A DNA stretch of 64,000 bases from Octopus vulgaris (GCA_951406725.2 OX597817.1:134540001-134604000), one strand, 5' to 3'. Shown: positions 24,250 through 37,934, counted from the stretch's first letter. Notes: generated by a model from the letters alone, not told the origin. Program-made: numbers and translations.

Positions 24250-24870
24250 ATACACACTCATTATGAATATACACATACACACATATACACACGCAATTAC
24301 GCATACAACCATGCACACACACAAACTATGCACCCACACAAGCACACAAACCTATGCACACAAATATACACGCGCACCTATGCATAGAGGCACACACACA
24401 CCCATGCATAGCAGCACGCACACACACACACACTCACACACACACTGCACACACACACACTGCACACACACACACTGCACACACACACTGCACACACACA
24501 TTGCACACACATACACACTGCACACACACACGCTCACACACACACTGCACTCACACCTATGCATAGCAGCACAACACACACACACGCACCGCATGCATAC
24601 ACTCCCCTATGCACACGTACCTTTGCCCAGACACACACACACACACATCTTTGCACATACGTACACACACACACTCGTATGCGAATGCATACATATACAC
24701 ATAAGCACACACACGTAGTCCAACACATGCAGTCTATCGTTTGCACACAATCACACACGCATCTGTGCACATACGCAAACACGCACAGACGCAATCACAC
24801 ACACACATACACACAAACACACTCGCAGACATACCACTGCCGAGGCATTCACAAGCAAGCACCCATAAAG
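24250..24870. repeat. Degenerate (CA)n with recurring tgcacacacacac units
   Basis: Direct inspection. Confidence 0.85.
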
Positions 24871-25152
24871 CGCATTCTTAATTCTAAAGGTTAATTAACG
24901 CGATGATTCATGCGTAATAGCTTGTTACGAATCATACGCACATGAAGTGTGTGTGTGTGTATGTGTGTGTGTGTTTGCGTGTATGTGACAGTGTGTATTC
25001 ACATATGGAAATGTGTGTGGACGTGCGAGCATATGACTATGTACATGTATAGATTGTGTATAAGATTGTGCTTCCATGTATGTATGCATATATATATATC
25101 AGAAATATTGAATTTCTAAATCTCTCTTAGAGACATGTACGGTGGTGGGGCG

Positions 25153-25404
25153 ATAGAATGGTTGTATACTGTCAATCTAACAAGAACGTGACAGTAGGGG
25201 GTACACCACCGCTGTATAGCTCTAGGAAGCATCGAACGCCTCCTGATAGCTTTGACACATTTTTTCCCTGTGTCCTTATACACATATACGAAGGGGAGAC
25301 AAACACCCCCGGCCGCCGGCAGGAGGCGTTCGATGCTTCCTAGGGCTATACAACGGTGGTGTACCCCCTACTGTCACGTTCTTGTTAGATTGACAGTATA
25401 CAAC

Positions 25405-25412
<8 letters not shown>
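25153..25412. mobile_element. Young long-TIR MITE (93-bp arms, 2 mismatches, 74-bp spacer)
   Basis: 25153-25245 is the reverse complement of 25320-25412; right end runs into (TA)n. Confidence 0.9.
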
Positions 25413-25464
<52 letters not shown>

Positions 25465-25615
25465 TACACACGTATATTAAATATTAGATATACACAAATA
25501 TATTGTTTAACTCTTCAATTTGTTCTGGGCAACAGTAATGATGTCATGCTAGTGTAATTCAGTTAAGTACATAATTATGCATATGAACACTTGCACGCAC
25601 ACACACATACATATA

Positions 25616-26147
25616 CGAGGGTAAGTCAAAAAGTAATGCCATTTTGTTTAGGACGGATATAATTACCAACACAGGAACATACATCATACATCAAAATGAA
25701 GCTCGTCCTCTGTGGACCCTATCCCTACTTCTCAACATAGTCACCGTTTCTCTCAATGGCAATGTTCCATCTCCGAATGAGAGCATGTATCCTCGCCCCG
25801 TAAAATTCTGTTTACTGAGCCACTTCTTCACTACAGTTTTCACTTCCTCGTCACTGGAATATTCTTTGCCTCTGAAACCTTCTTTAGAGGGGCCGAAGGG
25901 ATGATAGTCCGAAGTGAAAACTGTAGTGAAGAAGTGGCTCAAAGAACAGTCAACAGAATTTTACGGGGCAGAGATACATGGTCTCATTCGAAGGTGGAAC
26001 ATTGCTATTGATAGAAACGAGGACTATGTTGAGAAGTAGAGATGTAATCCGCAGAGGACCAGCTTCATTTGGATGTATGATACATGTTCCTGTGTTGGTA
26101 ATTATACCCGTCCTAAACAAAATGTCATTTCTTTTTGACTCACCCTC

Positions 26148-26148
<1 letters not shown>
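25616..26148. mobile_element. Palindromic mariner derivative made of two inverted 3' ends
   Basis: TA-flanked TIRs cgagggtaagtcaaaaag / ctttttgactcaccctcg; + strand EVKTVVKKWLKEQSTEFYGAEIHGLIRRWNIAIDRNEDYVEK*; - strand SDYHPFGPSKEGFRGKEYSSDEEVKTVVKKWL. Confidence 0.9.
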
Positions 26149-26189
<41 letters not shown>

Positions 26190-26329
26190 CTTTACTACCC
26201 ACTAGGAGCTAAACATAGAGGGGACAAACAAGGACAGACAAACGGATTAAGCCGATTTCATGGACCCCAGTGCGAAGCTGGTACTTTATCTATCGACCCC
26301 GAAAGGATGAAAGGCAAAGTCGACCTCGG

Positions 26330-26374
<45 letters not shown>

Positions 26375-26445
26375 TTATGTATGTTTGTGTGTACATTTGC
26401 TATACATACATGCTTACATATATCTATCTATATCTATCTATCTAT

Positions 26446-27350
26446 TATGTGGTCATGATCATTTTCCGCAATTCATTCCTGCGTTGCTGTAGCCTTTTGT
26501 GATGGTGCCGAGTCTTGTTGAAACGCATAAGGTCTTCCGTTGCGTACATTATCAATCCATGGCATAACCACTGTATTCAGAACATCTCTTTAGGCGGCAG
26601 AGCTTACTCCAAGACCTTCTTGAAAGAAGTGAGGAGGCATTACATGTCCTTCATTGCTGACAAACCCTAAAACCATGACAGTTGCAAGAAATTTTGTATG
26701 CATTACGCTTGGAACTTCTGAAGGGTCTGTACATAGCCATCTGTCATTTCTTCTGTTTACTTTCAGACCTTGATCAACGATTTTCTCGTCTGAGAAGAAC
26801 CAAATCACATCTTTCTCTGCTGGGTTTTTAAGTTTGTTCTGGAGTCTTTTAGATCTGATTAAGCAATTTTCCTTCATTGTTACTGACATGAATGACCTTT
26901 TCTCATCGCATAACATTTGTATCTGATGTCTTTGTGGACAAAATTTCGGATTGTTCTTTCTGACACATGGTATTCTTTTGCAATCAACCTCATGGATCTT
27001 CTGAGATTGTCATCAATGCTCTGCTTTTCTTTTTGAATAAATGGTTGTACTCTTATATTAACAGTGTGTCTAAAATGTTTCTTATGTTTTGATATGGGCA
27101 ATACATTTCCGTCTTTAGCCTCTAACTCCTTGTGAATTTTGTAGACGAAGGATTGAGCGACTTTTAAAAATCGTGCTATTTCTAAATTGCTATGTTCAGC
27201 CTTTATAGCGAAGACGACTGCGTGTCTCTTCATTTCTTGTGCAATCATACGGTCTGCCATTGATAATTCTGAAATACATAAAATAGTAAATTGATAAATA
27301 TGCTGCTGTAGTCGAATGAACGTCGGTCCGCAAATACCGCACGTACCCTG
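26446..27350 (-). mobile_element. Tc1/mariner transposase pseudogene, maT (DD37D)-like, 3'-truncated
   Basis: ATG at 27260: MADRMIAQEMKRHAV..LEIARFLKV..(HTH)..RSMRLIAKEYHVSERTIR; frameshift; WFFSDEK..VNRRNDRW..VMVLGFVSNEGHVMPPHFF..PYAFQQDSAP; terminus cagggt at 27350. Confidence 0.85.
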
Positions 27351-27354
27351 GGTA

Positions 27355-27560
27355 TCTTCTTGTATTCTTTTATTTGTTTCAGTCATTTGACTGCGGCCAT
27401 GCTGGAACTTCACCTTGAAGGGTTTTAGTTGAACAAATCGGCCGAAGGAATTAATATTTGTAAGCCTAGTGCTTATTCTATCGGTCTCTTTTGCTGAACC
27501 GCTAAGTTACGGTAAAATAAACACACGAGCATCAGTTGTCAAGCGATGGCAGACAGACAG
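27355..27560 (-). mobile_element. SINE family C, 3' half, adjoining (GATA)n
   Basis: tgtttcagtcatttgactgcggccatgctgg...gaaccgctaagttacgg. Confidence 0.75.
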
Positions 27561-27583
27561 ATAGAGAAATGTAGATAGATAGT

Positions 27584-27684
<101 letters not shown>

Positions 27685-28109
27685 GAGCATGTGTGCGAGT
27701 ACGCGCGTGGTGGTGTTTCTATCTTCAACATGAACACCAGCAATAAACAGTATGAAGGAGATAAGCAAATCCATTTGAAATAAAAACATACAATGCATTA
27801 ATCCTGGTCTATTTTAAAAGTCGAATGGAATGTCTGTAATCTTAGTTTTGTGAGGACTGACTAGAGACAAAACAGCTACAAGAATACAATCAGTGAGAGC
27901 AATAGAACCACTTGGATACCAACAATGGCCGTCTGGTGCCACTAACATCTAAACCAATGCAACCCTCCAGCTTTTGGATCCCTCTGGATACAGTAGATGT
28001 CAGCATGTATGCCATGTGTGTGCATGTATGTATGTGTATGAGTATGTGTACAGATTGCATGTGTGCGCGAGTATGTGTGTGTTTGTGTGTATTTGTGTCT
28101 TAAATCGGA

Positions 28110-28830
28110 AGCGTAAGAAGGGGCGAATTGTCTATAAAATCTGGTGAACCTTCTTTTAAATAGTGCACCGAGCCACCCACCGAATTTAGATGACTTTTGT
28201 GGTTATGGATGAGTAAAAATATATTCTTAAGAATACAACGCCGTTGCTCCAGCCAATCGATCAAGTTGCGATAGCTAACTTCAAGGCATATTATATGAAA
28301 AGAGCTATCAAACCAGTTACGAAAGCATTTCACAAGAAGGATAAATCTGCAATTTTGTGGACGGAGTTAAATACCTACAGATCTTTGGAAGAAGTTCAAA
28401 ATAATCAAAACTGTAAATAATAAAGCTGAGTGATGGGCTGAAGTGAAACCTTCAGCTTAGAACAGAGCTAGGAAAAGGACGTAGCCGCACTGCATCCGTG
28501 AATTATTAAGTTTTCACCCAAGCAGAAAGTCTGCATCAAATTCGGAAAGATATGATGACACTTGTAAAGGTGTCATAGAGGAAGACGTGATAGAGTTGCT
28601 AGTGTCTCACAAAAGAAAGTTTATCTAGCGAGGAACTGATGCTGGTAAAAGAACAAGTTGATGTTGGAGAAATACAGAGAAGAAAACGGAAGTTCCATCT
28701 ACACCATTTAAATCGGCTACAAAAGCCGTGAACACAACATAAAAATTACAAGAAGAGTTTACAATGAGACCAGTTCCTATATTGAACTGTACAAATAGAT
28801 GATGCGTCATAAACAACAACTTTGGAAAAG
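28110..28830 (+). mobile_element. Decayed pogo/Tigger transposase
   Basis: LLLNSAPSHPPNL...KNTTPLLQPIDQVAIANFKAYYMKR...DLWKKFKI...WAEVK...IEEDVIELLVSH..LSSEELM (pogo DNAPxHP / NTTxxxQPxDQG motifs). Confidence 0.8.
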
Positions 28831-29401
28831 TTCTTCCCTCCTTTAAGCTGGTGTTCCGTGATAAGGAACTATAAGATAGTAAACATTGTCCGTCGTCTTC
28901 CTGGAAACGCTCATTCCACCACCACCCCTTGCACCGTAGTCAGCATCTTCGGTAGTAAAAATTTCTCTTACAATATTGATATTCTTATTAATTCCCTAGG
29001 GGTCTTCTTGAAATTTTTTTGTTTTTTATGGTTCTCTATCGAACTGTGTGTTTTTAGAAATTGTTATTTTCATGAATAAAGGTGATCGTGTGGCTTTTGT
29101 TCTCGGTCGATTTCTTGTGCGTCTTCACTCTTTTCTTTCTTCTTATTTATTTACTTTTTTGTGTATGGAAAAGACTGTAGGGACTTACATATTCGAAAAT
29201 CAAAAGGAAAATTAATTTTGCGATAATAGAATTTCGCGTTACGGCCAGATTTTACGTAAAGCAAAAGATTTCTATGTGTGTGCGCGCGCGCGTGTGTGTG
29301 CATGTGTTGTCTGCTTCCTTTAGTTTCCGTCTCCCAAATTCGCTCACAAAACTTTGGTGGGCCCAGGACTGTAGCAGAAGACAAATGTCTGCAGCTATAT
29401 A

Positions 29402-29461
<60 letters not shown>

Positions 29462-29472
29462 TACACACACAC

Positions 29473-29514
<42 letters not shown>

Positions 29515-29559
29515 TAATTATTATTATTATTATTATATACTATCATTATTATTATTATT

Positions 29560-29607
<48 letters not shown>

Positions 29608-29654
29608 AATAATAATAATAATAATAAGAAGAAGAAGAAGAAGAAGAAGAAGAA

Positions 29655-30036
29655 TAGAAAAAATGCTTCCTAATTGATGTATCAATACGAGCAAATGACA
29701 ACGTTTCTCTAAAAGAAATGGAGAAACCTTCAAAATACAAAGACCTGGAAATAGAGGTAACTCGAATGTGGAATCTAACAACAGAAACAATTTCTATCAT
29801 AGTGGGCGCAATAGGTATGATAAAAAAATATTCAGACAAATACATAGCAAAAACACCAGGACTTACAAATATATATAACATACAGAAAATTACAGTACTG
29901 GGCACTGTACACATCCTACGCAAAGCACTTTCAATACAGTAACCATAAGAGCCTCACAGCAAACCACAGCACATGCCCAAGGCACACAGAACTGCGCTCG
30001 GTAGTGGAGTGAAAGCACGTTATAAAAATAAAATTA

Positions 30037-30099
<63 letters not shown>
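29655..30099 (+). mobile_element. R4/Dong-like LINE 3' end with (AAT)n tail
   Basis: [61 protein letters not shown]; ~100-bp 3'UTR, then (AAT)n. Confidence 0.85.
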
Positions 30100-30100
<1 letters not shown>

Positions 30101-31830
30101 TGACTGTTTCATTCTTTGGCATGAACATATAGAGAAACTTAAAGAATTCCAAACACTTTTAAATGGACTTGAGGTAAACATCCAATTCACGATGAAATAT
30201 AGCCAGCAACAACTCCCCTTCCTCGACATCCTCATTAAGAAATCTAATAACGTGATAGAAACAGATATATAGTATAAGCCTACGGATTCCAAGCAATATC
30301 TTCCATTCAATTCATGCCACCCCAGATACACCAGAATGAATATCCCCTTCAATCTAGCGGAAAGCATATGTACTATAGTTTCTAATGCAAACACCAGAGA
30401 CACACGACTACATGAACTAAAAGACACACTCACCACATATGCTTTCAACGTGCCCTTCAACTCAACATCCAGGAACTCAAACATCCCAAATTAAAGAAAA
30501 ATTTACAACCAAAAGCCTTACCATACATCTCCACACACAACCCTCTCAACAATGAAGTCTTCGACACCATCCTCCAAAACATACCCCTGCTAAAAAAGGA
30601 CCACAGAATGAACTTAATCCTCCAAACACACACCATCATTAAAAGCAAGAGACAGCCGAAATCTATGAAAATTCTCCTAATACAAGCCCGAATGCGCTCA
30701 AAAACACAGAAGCCGTCAGTAAAATAATGTGGAAGACCCAATTGTGGGATATGCGATTATCTAATTGAGGGATCAGAGTTCTCCTTCAAACAGGAACAAC
30801 GTTTCACATTGAAAAGCAGCTTCACATGTGCTTCGGAGAACCTGATATACACACAAACCTTTTCTGGGTGTCAAGAGTAATACATAGGCCAAACAAAAAA
30901 TAGTCTACGTAAACGAATGGCCCTGCACAGATTCCAGATAAAAATTCCTCAAAACAGAAAAATAGCATTCAGCCAACACATAAACATTTGAGCTAACAAC
31001 AAAAATCCAAGCTTCAGAATTTTTCCCCTCTACCAATTCAGGGACGATACAACCTGGAGCCAACGAATTAGTAAAGAAACTCTCTTTATTACAAAATACA
31101 GGCCCCTTCTGAACGCGTCTACGACAAACGGCATATTCACCACGGCCTTAGAATAACACAAATATACACGCAAATATTAAAACCGATACACTCAAGTGAT
31201 TCCCAAGAATTCATTAAAAAACAGTCCCAATCACTACTATAATCTTTAACGTACCAATTTTAAGTCATTTAACACCTTACAACTTTCACACTAACTACAT
31301 TCATTCTTATTCTCCCTTCTTCTTCTTCTTCTTCTTCTTCTTCTTCTTCTTCTTCTTCTTCTTCTTCTTCTTCTTCTTCTTCTTCTTCTTCTTCTTCCTA
31401 ACTTTATCACTAATGATTTTTAGAATAACACCTACGCAAATTCTATAAACAAAACATTCAAAAGAAATATTTTCATGAATTGAACAGCGACTGCTATCAT
31501 CCACTGTGGGTCATTTGCTGACCATTCAAAATACTACTGCCATGGCACTCCAACATTCTTCTTCTTCTTCTCCTCTTTTTCCTCCTCCTCCTCCTCCTCC
31601 TCCTCCTTCTTCCCTACCAAGAATTCACAACGACCTCAAACCCACAAGAGTAAACAAGAAAGACAGAGACAGGCAGAAACAAGGAAAATGCCCCTTATAT
31701 TTGAACACTATACAAATATTCTTTAAAAAAAAACTTTTCTTTTAATTTTTCTAAATTTAATTATTTAATTGTTACAGTTGGAAAAGTCTCAATGACTGGA
31801 ACCGGCACTGAAATGTTTTTTACAAAATTA
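30100..31830 (+). mobile_element. Penelope-like element, 5'-truncated (RT C-terminus + GIY-YIG + 3' region)
   Basis: DCFILW..IQFTMKY..LPFLDILI..TDI*YKPTDSKQYLPFNSCHP..NIPFNLA; RQPKSMK..CGRPNCGIC..FTCASENLIY..YIGQTKNSLRKRMALHR..KETLFITKYRPLLN; coding remnant ends ~31155. Confidence 0.9.
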
Positions 31831-31852
31831 TTTTAGCATTTTCTATCTTGAC

Positions 31853-31928
<76 letters not shown>

Positions 31929-32504
31929 CGTGAATGTTATGGCCACTGTCCGATCTTGGTTGAAGGTTCGATTTCACAGCAAGGCAGTATGCTGTGTCAT
32001 TGAGCAAGACAATCAAATAATAAGCCGATTCAGTTCTTCTTACTAGAAATGAGTACCAGCGACTGTGGTGAGGTGAGTGTGCGATGGACTGGGATGTCCT
32101 GAGCAAACGTGTTTTGTACTCTCAGTCGTCTAAATGTCACATACAGACAAAGATACACACGCACACATACACACATATTTATACATACTGAAACACACAA
32201 ATACACATCTGCACGTTTGGTAATACACGAATGTACATAAAGAAATATATACAATAATGCATATGTGCATGGTTGCATTTTCTTCTTCGTCTTCTACTTC
32301 TTCGTCTTCTTCTTTCTTTTCTACCACCTTTCCTTCTATGTTTCCTCTTTACGATGAAGGACTGTCGTAGGAAACGTTAGTCCTACGATAGCCCTTCATC
32401 ATAAAGAGGAAACAGAAGGAATTGTGATAGAAATAATAGTAATAATAATAATAAGAACAACAATAATAATAATAATAATAATGATGATAAAGATGTTGAT
32501 AATT

Positions 32505-32936
32505 ATATGAGAACAGGAAACCACACATAGTCTTAATTGAGAAAAAAAACAAACTATGCTGGATTATAGATATAGCATACCCAGCTGACAACAAGGAATT
32601 CGATAAGGAAGAGAGAAAAGTTGAGAGATATGACAGGTTAGCTTGGGATGTTAAGCAGTTGTGGTCGCTGAAAAAGGTGGTAGTAGTACCAATAATTGTT
32701 GGAGCCCTGGGAACAGTGAGCAAAAATCTCGAGAGGTTCCTGGAACGAATAGGGGCTGCAATAAAGGATGGAGCACTTGCAGAAAACAGCACTGCTTGGA
32801 ACCGCTCGAATACTCCGGAAGGTGCTCGAAAAATAAGAGGCGTTACCTTAGTTCACTGGTAGTGAACAGCTGACGCTGTAGTACATCTCCATCGTTAGAA
32901 GCAGTGCAAAGGCAATAATAATAATAATAATAATAA

Positions 32937-32940
<4 letters not shown>
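32505..32940 (+). mobile_element. R4/Dong-like LINE 3' end in an (AAT)n tract
   Basis: NRKPHIVLIEKKNKLCWIIDIAYPAD..KEERKVERYDRLAWDVKQLW..VVPIIVGALGTV; shifted LQKTALLGTARILRKVLEK*; (AAT)n tail. Confidence 0.85.
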
Positions 32941-32967
<27 letters not shown>

Positions 32968-33616
32968 AAGAAGAAGAAGATTTTATACTGTTGCCCAGGC
33001 AAATCACTACAATCAACCGAACACTTATACAACAGAATATATAAACCATTATTCTTTTATATAAGATTATTTTATCATTCTCTTTTTTGTATGAGTTGTT
33101 GCTGTGTTATCGTCATCGTCACCATCGTCGTGGCAGTTGTTGTTGTTGTTGTTGTATATCTATTAGCGTATTGAGTAGTTTACGTAAATCTACCGATTCA
33201 CCTACATTTCGAAGTCTGCTAGTGTAGGATTTCCTGCCGCTGGGGAGCCCATTTATAGCATAACCAGTTCTTGCTTATGTTACAGTTTGTTTAGCGACAA
33301 CCGATTCTCTGACAGTAGCCATCAGTGTTCATACACACACTCACTCATACATACATGCATACATATATACATACATTCATACATATGTGTGTGTTTGTAT
33401 GTATGTGCATGTATATTTGTATGCATGCATGTACACATATGCATACACACACGAGCGTATCCATATGCATGTATTTATGTATATATCCCATTTCTATCTA
33501 ACGCTATAAAGACACAAACACACACACAAACACCAAACACACCACACACCACACACACATACACACACAATACGTATATATATATATTATTTACATGATA
33601 GGTATTATATACATGG

Positions 33617-33654
<38 letters not shown>

Positions 33655-34199
33655 TATTTATCTACAGACAAATATATGTTCATTCATTTATGTATGTGCG
33701 TGTGCACGTGTGTGTATGTGAATGTGTGTGTGCCTCTGTGTGTGTGTTTGTGTGTGTATGCATGTGTTTATGTGTGTGTGCTTGTATGTATGTGTTTGTG
33801 TGTGTGTATGTGTGTGTGTGTACATGTAGACTCTATGCATATCATCAGCCTCGAGGCCATCTTCCTTCAACTGGATTACATCCAAACTTGAAAGAAGTAC
33901 ATCAACATAAAAAAAAACATAGTCACGTGCATAAAGCTCACTCTTGTATACTAAATGTCCGCTCAGTACTGTTGCATGAAACTGCCAAGTAAGGCACCGT
34001 AAGAGCAACCAGTACCACCCAAAGATCCTATTAAACGAATTCACTGGTGGAAGCAGCAGATGATGTTAAGCAAGAGGACATTTTGGTTTCTGTATGAAAC
34101 AAGTTCATCATTCTTTGTGACAGGCTTGAAGAGCTATATATGACACAGTGCTATATATGACACCTGAATCAATGAACACAGAGTTACAGCATTGGATAG

Positions 34200-35070
34200 A
34201 AAGAAAGCATTAATCTAAGCTTTCTATGAGACTGTTACACGGACCAGAGAGGATAATATTACAGAGATTCAGAAACAATTGTTTAGGTCTAAAAGGATTG
34301 CCATAAGAAATCTAGGTTCAATTATATTCTCACTTGTTGCAGTGCACAATGAAGCAAAGGAAGCTGACATCAAGTCCACAATTGAAGAAGCTGATATCCT
34401 TCACAGTGAAAAACCAGCATAATAAAACATGGAAAGCTCTGAGAGGATATTAACAATAGAGCTTCCCTGATGCATCATGTTTCGAAGGAGACCACTGATT
34501 AGCGTTGAAATAAACGATTTCAGATTGTCAGGTTGATTTTTGGTAAAGTAGAAGTACTCGGCACCATAATCTTTTGTTCAATCACAAACTAGCAAGATAA
34601 CAGAGATTCTAGAAGCCTAAAATTTTAAGAAATAACACCAAAATCAAGTTCTGATTATAACTCGATCATCCACTGGGAGAGTCCATTCTGTTGGACACCT
34701 GTAACGAGATCTATAAAGGAAACAAGTCGACTTATTTCTCGAAATCTTCAATTATTCCATTTCCGAAGAATGGTGATCACTTAATGTAGGATTACAGAAC
34801 AATTACACTTTAACCTATAATTTCAAGAACCTGCAACTTTATATTCCGTAATTGAATTTCATCTCAAACTGATCCCATCCGACAATGACACCAAAACGAC
34901 TTCTGCAAAGACAGGTTAACACTACAACAAACCCTTGCCCTTAGAAGAGTTATATAAGAACTAAGTAACCCCAAGAGAAAAGACATCAATTATATTTGAG
35001 TGCTTCTGTAAAGCATTTGCTAATGTCAAAGGAAATTTTATATCCTTTTCGACATGGGTATCCCTGTTAT
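34200..35070 (+). mobile_element. Highly decayed RTE/RTE-X-like RT N-terminal fragment
   Basis: Frame fragments KNGDHL..DYRTITL..HQNDFCKDRLTLQQTLALRRVI*E..CFCKAFANV resemble RT domains 0-3 (KKGD, NYRxIxL, QNGFR, LRRIIE, DFxKAFD). Confidence 0.6.
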
Positions 35071-35666
35071 AGATGTCAGCACCACTGCCACCAACATGGG
35101 CTATCTTCTATGAAGATTTGTGCAAAGCGCACATGATCGCCAAAAGGTTTTTTCAACAGTAACCATTGTCTTCAGAGAGACACTTTAATTCCTTCTCGCT
35201 TTGCGATTGTGGTAATTATGGGGTCTATTTCATTAGGCAAAGTCTTGGTTTCATTCAGGACAAAGGCACTGCCATCAAACAGAAAGTGTGGGGACGTTAA
35301 CAGCTCCGTATCTCTCTGAATACCGCTTTCTAAATGACCTTGACCACACCGGTTGCCAACTATGTGATGTTTAAGAACTAATATCATCTCTTGGGGATGC
35401 GGGCTAAGCGGAACGATCGTTAAAGCGTTGGATTGAATGCCGTGAGATAGTCGTTCCGAACGTAAGGGTTCGAGATTCAAATTCCACCGGTGCTAGCATT
35501 GGCTGTGGAATCATGAAACTGTGACAAAGTCGGACTAAATTCCTTGCCGTATCTATTCTGCCGGTTTGCGGTCCAACTGCAACATCTACTGGGTTATATA
35601 TATATATATATAACTACACACGTGCTGTTGAGATTTTTTTTCCCCTTTGGACGTTTCCCTTTCTCC

Positions 35667-35699
35667 TTTCTGACGAAGATCTAGGCTCGAAACGTCAAA
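35667..35699 (+). ncRNA. Minimal hammerhead-like motif (family H2)
   Basis: TTT CTGACGA A GATC-tag-GCTC GAAA CG TC AAA; canonical core, GUC triplet, one stem II mismatch. Confidence 0.55.
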
Positions 35700-36070
35700 C
35701 TCTTTTCTATCGCCGAGCGTGAAGCTAATAAATTTCTTCTGCGCGTCCCCATGCTGTCGTTTTTATTCGTTGATTTGTTTTAGCTCTGAAGAAGGTGTCG
35801 TTGTGAGGGTGGTTCCCTATATTCAGTCAATCTATCGATCGGTCGATCGATTGATAAAATTGAACCACGAACGCATGCAAATACATATCTGAAGCAGTTG
35901 TAACCCTGTAATAAATAAATAAATGCATTTAACTCATTATTTCTGTGCAAGTTAAATATATATATACATATTATGTATATATGTATGGACATGCTTACAC
36001 GCAAAAGCACACATATAGACATACAGATAGACAGACAGACAGACAGATAGATAGATAAATATATTCATTC

Positions 36071-36101
<31 letters not shown>

Positions 36102-36635
36102 CATACATACATACATACATACATACATACATACATACCACATACATGCAAACATAACCAGATACAGTCAATTACCAATACGCGCGCACATATCTATGTA
36201 TAAATATATACTTGTGTGTACATACATAAATAATCATACACACACAAACAAGCGTACACGTATGCATCTTTCTTTAAATATGTGTGTTTGTGTGTGGGGG
36301 TGTGTGGAGAGAGAGGGGGCAGACAGACAAACAGAGAGGCAGACAAACGAACGGGCAGGCAGAACAAGTGAGGGTCATACAGTAATATCTACCATCATAA
36401 GTACAAAAACACGATATCCGATCAGTCACTACATTCCTATATATTTCAGCTTTGTCTCAGCGTAATTGTATACAGTTGCATATCCGCAACTTTATAAGCC
36501 AACATAAGCGTCAATGCCTGCCTGCACACTTACATACATGCACACTTATATGCATGCATAGTAACAAAAGTATCAACAATTTTTCACATAGATTCTATGC
36601 ATACAGCAATATATAATCATATACACACCCATGTA

Positions 36636-36850
36636 GGCGGCGAGCTGTCAGGGTCGTTAGCACGCCGGGCGAAATGCTTAGCGGCATTTCGTCTATCTTT
36701 ACGTTCTGAGTTCAAATTCCGCCGAGGTCGACTTTGCATTTCATCCTTTCGGGGTCGATAAATTAAGCACCAGTTGCGTACTGGCGTCGATCTAATCGAC
36801 TGACGCCCATCCCTCAAAAAATTTCGGGCCTTGTGCCTAGAGAAGAAAAG
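36636..36850 (+). mobile_element. Full-length SINE family A with 18-bp TSD
   Basis: TSD catatacacacccatgta at 36618-36635 and 36851-36868. Confidence 0.92.
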
Positions 36851-37058
36851 CATATACACACCCATGTATATGCATAGGTAAGCATCCAAATTAAGATGAA
36901 CATATATTTGTTTACAAAACTCCCTAGTTTTTAAAATTTCGAAAGCAAAATTAAATATATATATATATATTATTCTCAAATTATATGCTTATATTACACA
37001 CATAAGCGTATATAGCTTTCATGTATACCCATGCATACATATATATATATATATACCA

Positions 37059-37400
37059 ATGCAAATTAGGAAATGCATAAATTTGGATTCAAGTATATAT
37101 ATTTTTAAAAAACATATTCGCAACAGTTAGATAAACGTAACTATGATGTATACACCTGGCTGCATAATACGTACGCATGTATGCAAAACATGACGAGCAT
37201 AAATTTGAATACAAATATATATTCTATTTTTAAAACATACTTTACGCACATCGGTATACATAACTATGATATATACACGCGTGTATATGCATATATATAT
37301 AAATGCAAATTAACATAGGCATAAATTTGAATATAAAAATGTATACTATTTTTAAAACATAATCTACACCCGCATACAATATATACAGTTATCATTCACA
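37059..37400. repeat. 122-bp tandem repeat, ~3 diverged copies
   Basis: atgcaaa..gcataaatttg..ttttaaaa.cata..taactatgat starting at 37059, 37181 and 37303. Confidence 0.75.
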
Positions 37401-37729
37401 CACGTGCGCGCGCACATACACACACACACACACAGATATATATATATATATATATATATATACCCATGCATGTATTAATCTGTATTGACCATATATATAT
37501 TTCTGTTCAACTGATGCTGATGTTGTTGTTGTTGTTGTTGTGATGGTGGTTGAGTTATTTGTTTTTAATGATCAAAGCAGATGTGCAGGTGCGCTCTACG
37601 GTGTGTTTAATTAATTTATTTGTTTACTTAGGCTAAGAATAGACAACAACCCCACCCCCACCCTCAACCACCCATCCCATCCCCACCACTATAACTTGCA
37701 TCATCGTCACCACCGCCACCACGCTAATA

Positions 37730-37765
<36 letters not shown>

Positions 37766-37791
37766 GTTTGTATGTATGTGTGTATGTATAT

Positions 37792-37934
37792 CCACCAGGT
37801 GGCGCGCATTGCGGGACTCGCTGCTTTCCTCTGCATAACCACACTAATATAGTACGCTCAGATGTCGCTCCAATAATAAGCCATGCCCTGGTATTCTGCG
37901 AGCTTTGACGTCATTATTGGTTGCCAAGGACGAC
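37792..37934. promoter_or_regulatory. Putative cis-regulatory island (CTCF-like, CCAAT, CRE, RFX-like)
   Basis: CCACCAGGTGGCGC 37792-37805; CCAAT 37870; TGACGTCA 37906-37913; ATTGGTT 37916; GTTGCCAAGGACGAC 37920-37934; CpG-rich unique sequence between microsatellites. Confidence 0.4.

Noticed and set aside
35400-35497. Possible intron-containing tRNA
   Set aside because: No convincing cloverleaf; resembles a decayed SINE family A head.
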